Source: Daphnia carinata
Lineage: Eukaryota
Assembly (NCBI RefSeq): GCF_022539665.2
Contig: NC_081331.1
Coordinates: 868,001 to 932,000 of the forward strand
DNA length: 64,000 bases
Direction: 5' to 3'
A model generated the notes under the pieces. It worked only from the letters and a program-made list of their open reading frames with translations, was not told the DNA's origin and ran no database searches. Positions 1 through 12,856 of the stretch are shown here, in pieces (positions within the stretch are counted from its first letter, which is position 1; each line of letters starts with the position of its first letter). The position numbers and the translations under genes were made by a program.

Positions 1-340
1 GTCGGTTTTCATAGAGCCTGAATTGATGCTCAGCCATACGCTTCCTTCCGATTTGACTTCGGTATAACGAATCAAATCCCAATGTCAAAGAGAACAGAGC
101 TGTGCGGAGATAAAAAAAAGGTAACATAAAATGAAATTGTGAATCTCCGATGACCTTTCCTTACTCAGGATGCCATTCCACCGGCAAAGTTCACAGTCTT
201 CTTTTGGATTGTATGCACCGACAAGGGCTAAAATGCCATTTGAAAAGCAAAAAAATAACAGGTACACATTGGCTTCGTTAGGCCAATACAAAGCCAGACC
301 AAGGATAAGGAATCCATAGAAAACCAGGGCGGTCAACTCT
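1..340 (-). CDS. Partial multi-exon gene, probable membrane protein of unknown family; runs off the left edge
   Basis: ORF 85..363 is hydrophobic (LTALVFYGFLILGLALYWP). The donor CTGA|GTAAGG near 163 and acceptor CAG|CT near 99 join in phase to give ...CRWNGILTLFSLTLGFDSLYRSQIGRKRMAEHQFRLYENR, open to base 1. Possible upstream exons near 485-630 and 851-880 are unresolved. Confidence 0.35.
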
Positions 341-1119
341 GTAAGAAATGTGTTTGAGTACAATTATTAAGGTTATCTAATTAGATGCGGATTATTCTAT
401 ATTCGCAGACTCCCAATGTCTTTGCTGGAACACAGTATTTTAAAAACTATTTTTATGGCATTGAATTAACTGTTTTGCTGTTACCTCAGAGAAAACTCTT
501 TCGTGGCACAGCGGAAGGAAAATCAAATTCTAAATGTAGAAACAATGCATCCAATTTCGGTTGGTTACGATATTCATTGCTTCTACTAGTAGTATATAGG
601 AAAAATAGATCAACATTTCGATTTCACTACCTATAGTTGTTATTAGGTTATTCGGCTACTGTTCCATTCACTACAGATAAACATAAGATTAGAAAATGAT
701 GCCAAAAATTCAATCGTATTCTTCTTTTGATACAGTAGGATACACAATTGTAAGGAAATAATCATCATCATATTCCGTCGAGAGAAAACAAAAATAACAG
801 AAACTTATCGCCAAACACAAACTGAAACAAAACAGAAATTTGACACTCACCCAGCACACATGCGATTTGATCGTATTCCATCCCTCGTACTGACTTTGAG
901 TGAATGGTTTGTTTTCAAAGCATTGACTATGCGAGCAGGCTGTGGCAAATTGGTTTACACGAAGGGAACGAAGCCTAACAACCGGAAGGAGCCTATGATT
1001 CCATTCCGCAAAGAACGTGAATGTTACTCGGCAGCACGCCGCTAACTGACTAAAGTCAACCAATACAACTGCGACACTTTTCCATTATGCAAAACAACTA
1101 AAGGCCACACAAAGCTTTA

Positions 1120-4100
1120 TCACGCCATCGACGTTTTATATAGCGACCAAACACCTTCGTTGAGTAGACTGTTTAAAAAGGCACGGCTAATCAATCCACA
1201 CTTCTCCCATTGCTCCAGCAACGCCAGTGTAGTTCCGCTTTCGCTTGGAATTTCCATAAGATTCTCTTTATTGCTAGAAAGAAAAACAAAAAATCGATAA
1301 ACAACCAAACCTACAACAACTTCTTTTTTTTTAACCACAAACTGAAAGCGCAATTTGATTACCTCGCTCCAAACTCCAAGTGAGAACGAGCAAATTGGAT
1401 TAAGAGACTGCAGCATGCCTGTGTGCTAGCAGAGCCCAGGTGACGAAACAATGTAGCACTTCCGATCACAAAGGGTGTGCCGTCCACGCCGTCCTGAGGG
1501 CGTTTCGACACTAGACTAGCAAGTTGTTTGCTATACGTAAACTTGTGTAAGTTCGACACGATAAACAAAAGCAATAAATGAGGTATGTAGGGTAACTCGA
1601 GACTATGTGTAGCAACGTAAATCTTCTCGAATGGCTCATAGAGGCCCGACCAATGTAAATACTCTGCCAACTCGGGAAGCAATGACGTGGAAATCGAACT
1701 CGAGGTTTTGTCGCGACGCACCACGTCGTTTACTACTGATCTAGAATTCACAATGCAGTTCGTATTAGATTATGAATCACGTTGCTAGCGGAACGTATTG
1801 ACTAAACAATCGCATCTTACAAGCTGAGAGTTTCCAATGCTTGCCAAAGAAGTCCGGAATCGAACGATGCGGTTGATTTTAGTTGTTGTGAGCACGATCG
1901 CCTCAGCAGCTGTAGTTGGCCAATTTTCAGCACACGATCGAGGAGCGTCTGAAAAGACTTTTGGAAACGCGTGCAGTAAGCTCCATATGTTTTACTTGGC
2001 TGGCCTGTTAAAGGACACAGTTAACATTCCTGAGGTGTTGTTTAATAAAAAATAATAACAAGTTCAAAACAAACCGAGAATTGCTGTTGTGGGTGCGGTT
2101 AGATGATCAAACTCTGCAAGAACTTCCAAAGAATCTTGATGGCGGAAAACTTCTTTCTTTAAATCACTAAAAAGGTTCTGTCCCATAATCGAGCAAACAA
2201 GATTTGATAACATGACCACGTAAATCGAATTAAGGCATCTATATTCTTACCGTTAATTCAGTGGTGATCATAAAGGCAAAAAGAGTGTCTAATCCAGCCA
2301 ATCCCGATGTACTTAGAGCTTGTTCAAGCTGGGAGAACAGTAGAAAGTTCAATACTTCAGCTTGCGATTTACTGTCATACCAAGTGTTTGTGGAGAGAAC
2401 AAAGATTGTTGTCCTAATTAGAAATTTGCGTGGTTATTTCGTGATAGCTGTATACTAACAATAGGAAATTACTTGGGATCGGTGATACGAAGAATTTCCC
2501 GGGCTAGTCGCCCAATGAACGTTGCCGAATGAGGATCATTGGAAGGAAGCCGAGGAATTGGCACAGCGGTGGACTGGAATTTACTCTGCCAATCTTGAAT
2601 GTGGTCAGTTTGAAATGTATTACATTCTTGCTCGACATTGTACCCCACGATTCGTGCTGTTTCCTCTTGAAACATACGAAGACCCTGAATTCGCACATAG
2701 TCTTGAATGTACTCAAAGGATTTCCGGAGACCTTCCATGGTTTCGCCTTCACAGACAAAAAAAAGTATTTTAAAATCAGATCAATAGAAAAAAGTACGTT
2801 TTAAAAACAACCTAAACTGGTTAGTTTAAGGGCGAGATCACTGTTTTTGGATTTGGCATTGAAAGAGAGCGAGTCGTGCATTGCCTTTGCCATTCTGCGT
2901 ACCAATTCCCGGCGTATACCCTCTTCCAATAGTCGCTTTGGATCAAGACGGACAATGCCAACTAAAGTTGTTTTCATAGCTAAGATACCTTCGGTGAACG
3001 TAGAAACGGATTCTGTTAGCTTGGCAACCTGAAAATGAATTATTCCATAGTTAAACGAGGAAAAATTTCTATTATTTATTTGACGTCATACTTGAAATCG
3101 CTGATCGAGCTGTGCGTAATCCTTCAGTTTGTCCTTATCCAATCTCATGGGCATCTCTTTGATAACGTTTGTCTGAAGCTGTACAATCTGCTCGACTAAT
3201 TTCATTGAGAAAATTAATACTCGAATATAGGCATTGCTTTTTGCTTGACTACCTAGTGCAAACATGGATTGGGGAATTATATGTAAGACATGGCGAATGT
3301 AGGAGACGAGTTCGGTGGAGTAGTATTGTGATACGGAAACCAAATCAGCGCTTCGTGCTTGGTTTATCCGCATCAAAGGCAAATCCAAAGCGGAAGATAA
3401 TTTCAAAAATGTTGCTCTCAGACGACCAACAAGAGTTGGATCTTTTCGTATTGCCGTTTGCATGTGGCCAGTGTAAGAATCAATTATTAGCCAGGCATAG
3501 CTTAAATCAGAAACTATTTGCAGAGTGATCAAAAAATCTTCACGAATGTTTGCGGTGCGTATCATATGATGCAGTTGACGACGGGTTTCCGTCAAAAATT
3601 GCTTTACTTGCAACTGTGAATCCAACTGATGAAATTCTGGATTCATAAAGCCAAAAAAAGATGAGTACATTAAACTGTGTGCAATAGTGGAGACATTTCA
3701 GTATACTACCTTGAACTTCTTCGAGAGCAGAAATTAGCTGAACCATTTTACGGCCGGAAGCTGTGCCTTCTTCATAGTTCAATGCTTCTACTTGTTGGGC
3801 GATCTCACGAAGCCATAACTGAAGACTCTCTTAAATACAAACGAAAACATGAATATGCGTAGAGAATATTATATGAAATATATGTTAACCATTTTTTTCG
3901 ACTCGGCTTAATGGCTTTGCCCCACTGAAAACGTCCGCTAACTCTGTCAGTCGTTCTATACATTCCTTTTTGCATAGGAGCCATTTAGCACGTTTCTCGG
4001 TCAATAGAACTCTGAACGTTTCTCGGACATTCAATTCGAGTTCCGCTGCACAATAATCAGTAATCACAATTAGACTTGTCATTTTGCTTTGCTAACCGTG

Positions 4101-5806
4101 TAGTAAAATGGCCTAACACCATCACGCTACACTACGTAACTTTACGAGCAATTACCGCAGTCGAGCAGTAATTCGAAAACCGTAACTGGCTGATATTTCG
4201 TATCGAGAAGAACTTGGTCTCGTACTTGCCGGCATTTTTTTAGCGATTCTGCACCTACATCATAAAGACACTTTAAAATATCGACATTGTTTCAAAGTAT
4301 ACGAGTTGTTCATACTACCAGCAGCTAACGTATTGGTGTGTAAGAGCATCCAGCGTAAAGTAACGTTCGATTGTCGGATTAAATTGATCAGCTTTTGCAT
4401 ATTGTCCAAAAGGAATTCTTCTGTCAATACCCCTTCTTTAAGTAACTGACGCAAATGCTTTATAAGTTGTTCCATTTGGTTGCAATGTTTGATTGAGCAC
4501 TCTTTCACATTTGCGGCCTGGATTGTATTGCTTAGTGCCATACGTGCAGCTTTGTAAGGCTCCCATACTTCAACCAAGTTGAAGATTAAACCCATGTACA
4601 CGCTAGTAACCTATGCCAATCGATCATTATATTAGTTTTTTAAATACTATTATTATCATTAGTGTTAGTCTCACCCAGTTGTCTGGAAAGAATTTGTCAA
4701 CGATTTCTCTCATTTTTGCTGTTTGGTTGTGTAGAATGTCGGGTGTAAAGTAAAGGCAAATCACGAGCATAGCAGCTTGCTGAGCAAGGGCCGTACTTCG
4801 GTGATCAGGATGTGGATGTGTCGCAATTTGGTGGTAGATGTCATCTGATCTCAAATGACCTATTACAACATCCAAATAAACTGGAACAATGGAAATGCGT
4901 CTGTAAGAAAAACAGCCAGCAGCCTAAGGTAAAGGAGCCCAATAAATGTTGTAGGTACTAATACATTTTACCTAAAGTATTCTTCTGGATAATTTTGAGG
5001 TCTCTTTCCTGGCTGAGATTTCAAAAATCCTGTAGAGCGCAACAGTTGACATACTTCATCTAACTTTGAATAAGAATGGGTTCTTTGTACAGAATATCTA
5101 TAGTAGGAGACTAGCATGCGCTCCCTAACAGGCCCATCTATGTGAGTGTCAGTGACTAACAGCATAATGCCATATAGGTAAAGTGCCTCACACTGCCAAA
5201 GAATTGTGTTAAAATATCAGCAAAGTTACATAGACTTTCAAATGTAATATGATCAAACCAACCATTAGCTGCTTTCCCTCATCATTCAAGAAAACTGTTT
5301 CAAGAGTTTGTTGAATGTACATGCCTTCTTCAACTTCATGGAGGAAACCATTTAGGTCACAAACATACTTGTGAACACTTTCAAATGCTAGATAAAACCT
5401 GGTCAGAATCTCTATGTAATTTTTACGCAATTCCTCATCTAATTCCATCAGGAGCTATATTAGAAAGTGATTTTAAGTTGAAAATAAGTATTTTACATGA
5501 AATTAGGTAACCAACTTACATCATTTCCATTAATTTTTGAATCAAATGCATCCTGTTCTTTGAAATATCGAAAATCCAATATAATTTCCTGGTACTTATT
5601 TTGATCAGACCTGTCATTGCAAAAAATGTTAAATGTCAGAAAAACAATGTTTTGGATCAGGAAATAACTTCTAGTTATTACTGAAAAATCGGTGGAATGA
5701 AATCCTTCAGACGTAGCAATTCGGCTATGATTGCATGGCCTCGCGACACTAAGCGTAGAAGAGTCTGACCACATAAATTGTTATCAGCTAAAAAATCTTC
5801 CGCCAT
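1120..5806 (-). CDS. WASHC5: WASH complex subunit 5 (strumpellin), multi-exon
   Basis: ATG at 5806 gives [33 protein letters not shown]. Exonic ORFs carry strumpellin motifs [82 protein letters not shown] and [11 protein letters not shown]. The GT-AG junctions checked in the 3' half are in phase. Stop at 1120. Confidence 0.95.
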
Positions 5807-8021
5807 AGTTCAGCTAAAACTTTAGCAGTTTACGCTGACTACGGATGTAATGCCTAGCACACAGAACAATAAACACTGTCCCAAAATAGTGTTCGTGAAT
5901 TGTAATGTTTAGTTGTTTACGTTTTCTGAAGTTGTCAAATGTCAACAGACTACCCGCGATTACGGCCCGGGCCCACATGTTGAACACGTTCCCCAAATAG
6001 GATAGATGGCTCTGCTTGTGTGCCAATGTTTTGCAAAATTTTAGAACTCTTGGCTTAAACATTTACATTAGTACGTAAAATATTTTGAATAAGTTGAACA
6101 TTGACGTTTCATTAGTAATGCTGCACAGAGGTTTCTGTATGATATAAATATTAACTCCTTGAAACCGGTCGTTCCCTATCCATGCTTCTAATGGCTGTAA
6201 TCCTTAGAGCCTCAAGGGCCTTGTGTTACTATAGTATTCACAGGAACGAATGTAGTTCGATGAGGCAGTCTGCTTCGTGAGTATGTCGTGAGCGAAAGTC
6301 CTCAATGGTTTGCATTCATAGCTGGGAAACTCACAAGATTTTCATCCACTTGCAGTGTGTTGTATCATGGAGTTGTGCTTTACAACGCAGTGAAATCATC
6401 TAGGAATTCTGCGTTGGTTTCCTACTTTCAGCCTTCATACATTGAAATGTTAGTATCCACTTTGAAACGTTGTCGAAAGAATTAATAATTATTTTCAAAA
6501 TTCATGTGCATCACCTGCCTTGGTTTCCGGTTCACTGTTACTTTCCCTTACACAACTCTGCGTTCGGATGTGCCCATTTCTTCCTTTCTCTTTCGTTCTC
6601 CCACGTTCGTATGTCACGTTTTCTTTTTTTTTTTTATTGCATTCATCATCTTATGAAATGCCTTATGCAAGAATGAAAAATATCACTGTTCATCCACGAT
6701 TACTACAGTATCGCCGTATGATAGGTTACACCAGAATGCTCTGTTTAACAAGCGGTTAGGGCTGTATGCTGAAGCGTACATGAATTAAATAGTTGTTTCA
6801 ATCAAAAGGCTCATTCTCCCCCCCGTAAGGAAAACTTTTAACGTTTTTACGGTCGGCCAAAGTTATTTAGCCGCACGGCTTCCGTTCGGGAAACTGTGGT
6901 TTTGAAAGAACGATTCTAAAAGTTGTTCTGTCTTAATAATAGCGGTTAGCTCGTTGGGCACTTTAACAACGTTTTCTCCTTACAAACTTTATTGAACCAA
7001 CTCTGCGTGCAAAAAAGTGAAATAGCCACTTGAGATACGACTATTCAAGTGGTTCTAAACAAGAAAGTAAGGGCGAAAACCCTTAAAATTCGTATGCATC
7101 CTGGATGAAAATGCATCTGGTTTCTCCTCTAACTATTAAAGAAAACTGTGGAAGAGAAAAGCTGATGGCAACAGACACCCTGCTTTGTTTTGGTTTTGCC
7201 GACTGGGATATTCCTTCCCCCTCCATATACATACGCCTTGTGCTATATCTCTCGTCTCGCTATCTGGGGATCCAGCTTTTTCTTTTGATTCCGTATCTCA
7301 CTGCGCTCTCTCGACCAATCGATCGGTTGGTCGAGAGCGTGAAGAAAACATGTGAAAAGAAAAAAAGTAGTGTCTCTTGCCGAAACTGATTAAATCGTTG
7401 ACATTTGATGCAGGTTTTGACATTTTCTCTTTGCCGTTTACCCGGGAGTTTGTTGACTTATTTTGTTCTCCTGTATCACAGGGATATTGCTTTTCGTAAA
7501 GTTGCCAAGCATATTAACGAAAACAAGCTGGAAAAGTTTATCTTTTACTTTTACCTTATTGACTTTCTCTGTATTCTTTTTATCACACCAAAAAGTCGTG
7601 AAAGTTGAATAACTTCACGAGGTCAATGCTCCCTACTTTTGGCAAATGAAGTCATAATGTGACAGTATCTGTTGGAACAAGAACAAACCAAACATGTTGA
7701 AATCTTGGTCGGATTCTTCATGGTTCTGATTCACTCTCCTGGGTCGGGGCGCGTTCGGGGGCACCTGTGCTGATAGGTCTGTTATCGTTTTTGATGACGG
7801 GTCAGTGGACATTAGTGATAAGGCAAACATAATACCTTGTTCTGCCGTGACTAGAGTTTTCTAATCAGTTCATGTAGATACAGCAGCAGTTACCACGTCA
7901 GTAACATATATATATTTTTTATTTCAGGTGGTGCCCTGACGGAGGCGTGTCTAGGGTGTCTACCCTGTAAATTGGAATCAACGGGATCATTTCGTCCGTC
8001 TGACAGCCACTTCCACGCGAA

Positions 8022-10652
8022 ATGTTAAGCGGCGGTCGGATATTTCGTAAAAAATTGGCTCTCATTTTGTTGGCCATCTTTTGTGTCCCCTTCACCGTCA
8101 TTCTTCTGCATCGAGACGACAGTAATTACACAGCCCTTTTTTTCTTAATTTTCACACGTTGCAAATCCTTTTCAATATGTGCTCGAATAGATGGAGCTCG
8201 TTTGGAGGAGGAACTTACTTCGGAAATTGCTCATCTCCGACAACGCGTCTCGCAGGTTGAAATGATTAACCAGGCACGGCGGAGGGACTTGGCTCTCCTG
8301 ACACAGCACGTCAATCGATCTCTACCATGGAGTAAGTTCATTCTTCTTAATACCTCACGTTCGTCCGTACATCTTCACCTGTTTCTATGCGCTCAAGAGT
8401 TCCAACAGTCGTGCAATCTTGATACATTGATTTGACAGTAACGTAAGTTGAACTCCTATAGCAACTTGATGTCGGTGCAGTCAACCGGTGGCAAAGTCGC
8501 TCATTGATTGATTTATTCATGATTTTTATTCTTGGCAGATTACACTAATGGGGAAGAAATCGCAGAACTGTCTCGTTTGCTTTTGGACCCCGATCGCAGC
8601 CAAAACTTGCGTCTGCCCAACATTTTCTCTTTCTTGCCTTACCTGCTCAATAATCCGCTCAGCACTGTGCCAGCTTTTGTCCTCGGGCAAGGAAAGACTT
8701 ACGGTACTTCTTTATCTTATGATAATAGTGTAGAATATTTTAACATCTTTTCTTTTTTTGCATGGTTTTTTTTTTTTGTGTTACAGCGTCGATTGTGCTC
8801 GGTGTTCCGACGGTTAAACGCGAATCACAGTCGTACTTACTACCGACTTTGGCTAGTTTGATTGCATCCATGAACGAAGAAGAGAAGAATGATACTCTAA
8901 TCATCGTTTTTGTAGCAGAGGTAGAGTTGATTTTTTTAAATCCATGCACTAGCCATTGGATTGGTTAGGCCAATTCGTTAGAAATTTCTTGGAAAGCGTA
9001 TGCTTTCTGCAATCCTTGGATAGCAAGACATATTGAAAGACGCTATTCGAAGGTTCATTGTCTGGATGGGAAAGATACCAGACAGCCCTATCAATCACAT
9101 TGAGACAGTATTTTTAGATGCGTGCCTGTGTATTGTAAACATCTTATTTTATTATCATTCTTGAATTGACATATTGCAGACGGATATTGAATACGTCTCG
9201 GTGATAGCAGAGAAGATTAAGAAGCAGTAAGTGTTCGTAACTTCATTGAGTCTATCCGTTTTCTTGGTTCGCTTTTGAAACGTTTCTCTTCGGTTTCTAT
9301 TCAGGTTTGGAGATGCATTGCAGAGTGGACTTCTAGAAATCATTTCGCCGCCATCTTCTTTTTATCCCGATCTGAACGAGCTGCGGGTCACGCTAAATGA
9401 TCCTGTTGAGCGGGTCAAATGGCGGACGAAGCAAAATCTCGATTACGCTTTCTTAATGATGTATGCGCAATCGCGGGGGATGTACTATGTCCAATTGGAA
9501 GACGATATACTAACAACATCCGGCTATGTTACTAAAATGAAAAATTTCGCTATTAAAAAAGAGGCCATGAACCTCGACTGGTTTCTCTTGGACTTTTGCC
9601 AATTGGGATTCATTGGTATGAGCTTTATCTATTTTTTCTTTTCTTCCTTTCTTATTTTGTACTTACTTGTCATTTCCTCTCGCAGGAAAGATGTTCAAGA
9701 GCACGGATTTAACCTACATTATCCAGTTTGCCATAATGTTCCATAACGACAAGCCTGTTGATTGGCTACTGGATCCAATCATCGAAACCCGATACTGTCC
9801 TCACGATACGGTAAATTTTAAAAATTTAATAATTAAAAAAAAAAAATTTTGATTTTCTTTTGACGCCATCTGCAGAAAAAATGCAATCAGATCAAACTCC
9901 TCAAGTGGATACACTTCAAACCGTCTCTATTTCAACATGTGGGCACAACTTCATCACTCAAGGGCAAAGTGCAGAAACTTAAGGTATCAGTTTCGCGATA
10001 TTCAACTTCCTTCAGAGTTTTCACCAAGTTCATGCTTCATTAGGATAAGAATTTCGGCAAGTTGCCACTGTTCACGCCGCACAAAAACCCATCGGCCAAA
10101 GTGACCTCGCCCATCAAAGCGTACAAGCAATTTACGATCCAACGAGCATATCGAGGCGATTCTTTCTTTTGGGGTCTGATGCCTCAAGCCGGCGACGATA
10201 TTGTTTTCGAATTTCACACGCCAGTTGCGCTTCATGGATACCGCTTGCGGAGTGGCAACCATGAGCACCCGTCGGATTTGTTGTACAACACGACGGTTGA
10301 AATCCGGCCGGTCGAATTTGAAAGAGTAAAGGAATCCCTAAAAATATCATCCAATGAAAAATTTATTGGCGTCGGTGAGATTTTCAAAAAATCACGTGGG
10401 GGGTGAATTTTATATATATACATAAATCTGTGTCTATTATTCAGGCGAGTTCAACGACCTCGGTATAGCAGAGGGTAAGATCGACGCCAGCCTTTTTGGA
10501 CCAATTAGCGCTGTACGCCTGGTTATTAAGAGTGCCAGTAAAAATTGGGTCATAATTTCTGAGGTACGAATTGTTAAAAAGTTTGAATTAAGCTTTCTAG
10601 TCTATTCATTGGTATTTTTGAGTAGATTATGTTTGATAAAGGAGGTGGATAG
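8022..10652 (+). CDS. MGAT4: Alpha-1,3-mannosyl-glycoprotein 4-beta-N-acetylglucosaminyltransferase (GnT-IV, GT54), 11 exons
   Basis: Exons 8022-8121, 8191-8331, 8539-8703, 8787-8920, 9180-9226, 9305-9615, 9686-9810, 9876-9983, 10044-10374, 10445-10563, 10626-10652. N-terminal TM segment plus coiled coil; motifs VLGVPTVKRE, RVKWRTKQNLDYAFLM, YYVQLEDD, LGFIGKMFKS, KPSLFQHVG, SSLKGKVQKLKD; C-terminal lectin-like region with FRSG-type RSGNHEHPSD. Confidence 0.93.
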
Positions 10653-12856
10653 TAGATTGTGGAAATATAGGACAAAACAATGATAAAAGTAAATACCAAA
10701 ACCTTTCAGTGCCATTCTCCAACATGAGCCAAAATCAGCTGAACGAGAAAAATGAAACAAAGCTAATATAGCCATGTTTGAAAATGGATATGAGAGTTCA
10801 TCAACTATTCTTTTTTTTTTTGTCTTTCTGGTTTTGCTGAGTACTATTTACATGAAATAACTTCACATAGTCGACAATCCTATACTGTACTTACAAGAAA
10901 CGAATATGTTCCTGTATGCTTGCTTCGTCACTAAATGTCACCCCATGGGGAAGGACAGCTTGGTCACTCCTGTTAAAAAGGCATGATTGGTGGCTGAATC
11001 ACTAATACGCGGTCGACTTATGTGATTTCCTCGTATTTAACATTTAAAACCAGGTACCACTTAATATTTATGTACATAATTTGTTGCTCTTTTATAATGT
11101 TTGGTTATTATTGTTGTACGGTGCTATGTTCTGATGTTGATCTGAAAATAGTATCTTGTCGTCTGTAATGTGCAATAAACGCACGTGTTTTTCGTTTTTT
11201 TTTTCAAATGAGCAGACGGCTTTATGATTTACGGAATCCCGCAAGATGGCATCGGTGTGCAATTGCTTATTTAATGCACGAAAAAGAAAAAAGAAAAGAA
11301 TACGAATCGACTTAGAACATCGTTCACGTTGATAAAAGAAAAACATTCCGTTCATTATTCAAATGCGGGAATTATGGGAGAGAGCCGAACCAATTTTTTT
11401 CCCCATTGTGTGGCCTTGAGCCAATTACATAAGACACATCTGGGTGCTTTATTTTCTTGGAACTTGTAAAGAATAATACGAACTACAAAACTAAGGTAGT
11501 AAACTACTACAGCGCCAGAATAATAAAAATTATTTTAGGTCAGTAATTTCAATACCGAGAAAAACAAATCGGGCAACCAAGAACTTGTTAAGAAGCAGAC
11601 AACTTTTGAATGAAATGTCTTCCGGATGGGTGAACTCCGTCGCAGCTGTTCCATCTGTACTGACAGACTTTTAGGTTATCTGGATGCACACTGCTCATTT
11701 GGACGGGAATGAACGGCCACCATTGTTGGGAAAAAGTCCAAACAAAAGGACAAACATAAAACAAACAAAAATCTTGACGACCAAACGTCCACGGTGCAGG
11801 GGGCTACTGAAAGTTTTCACCGCAGAATGTCTATGTCATCAGTTGAAGATTGAGAGAGGAGTGATGGAGCCGAGACGTGACTTGACTACTGCATCTAGTT
11901 GAATAGGCATACAATGGTCTTTTCGTGCTAGCTGGTCATCCTCTACTACGAAACACTCCAAAGTGTGAGAAACACAGCACGTCGCATGCCTCGATTTGGG
12001 GTCTGGCGTCGGGATACGAAAAGGTTTTTGAGTAATTGAAATTCTCTTCCAAAAAGACAGGAGATGTGTTCGGCCAATGTTTCATCGTTCGGGATGCTCG
12101 CTTTCCTTTACGCAGAAAGCGACGACATGAAAAAAGGGAAAAAAAAGCGTAAGGCATCCAGCAGCCAAAGCCAGCAACAACTATGCGGAATTGTTGAAGC
12201 TCACAGTAGGACATCAATTCTTGGGAATCCTCGAGCTCCCGTTCAAAACAAAGGACACACCAAGACAACTGAAAGTATCAAAAACAAAGTAAAAGGGTGA
12301 CCTTAAAAGTCAACGAAAAGAGACTGGAAAGAAAAGAGGCAGTATAATGGCAACAGAAGTCTATACCATCCGTCAATCCGAGTTTATTGATCGACCACAA
12401 TACCGACATTAAGCCAGATTTGGCTGTGTACAAAATAAAATTCCCGTCTAGAGCTAAAAGAAGAAACATTCTTTTCTCTCTCTTTTTTTTTTTTTTTTTT
12501 ATCTCGCAAGAAAACAAAAGCATATCGGAGAAAAAAGGAAGGCGCCGAGCTGGCACGCGAGGTACGTTGTCCGTACTCTTTTGGCCTCTGTGTGTACGTA
12601 GCATTCCAGTTCTCTTGTACTCGTAACGTCCAGTATTGTATTATTAGCCCTGTCGCCTCGTTGTAAGACAGGTCTCCTTGACATTCCGCATCTAAAGGTG
12701 ATCGCACTCACATTAAACTGGCCTAAAGCATTCTTGTCTGCGAGGGAAGAAAGACATTTGACAGTCCCAGAATATTAGGACAGGCTTGGTTACTGCGCCA
12801 TTATCAACAAAGCAGCACAAGCCGAGCAACAACAATTAGTAGATGTATAGAGTTGA

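Noticed and set aside
11684..12711. Short ORFs between MGAT4 and the TMEM200-like gene
   Set aside because: No recognisable motifs or splice chain; likely 3'-UTR or intergenic sequence.
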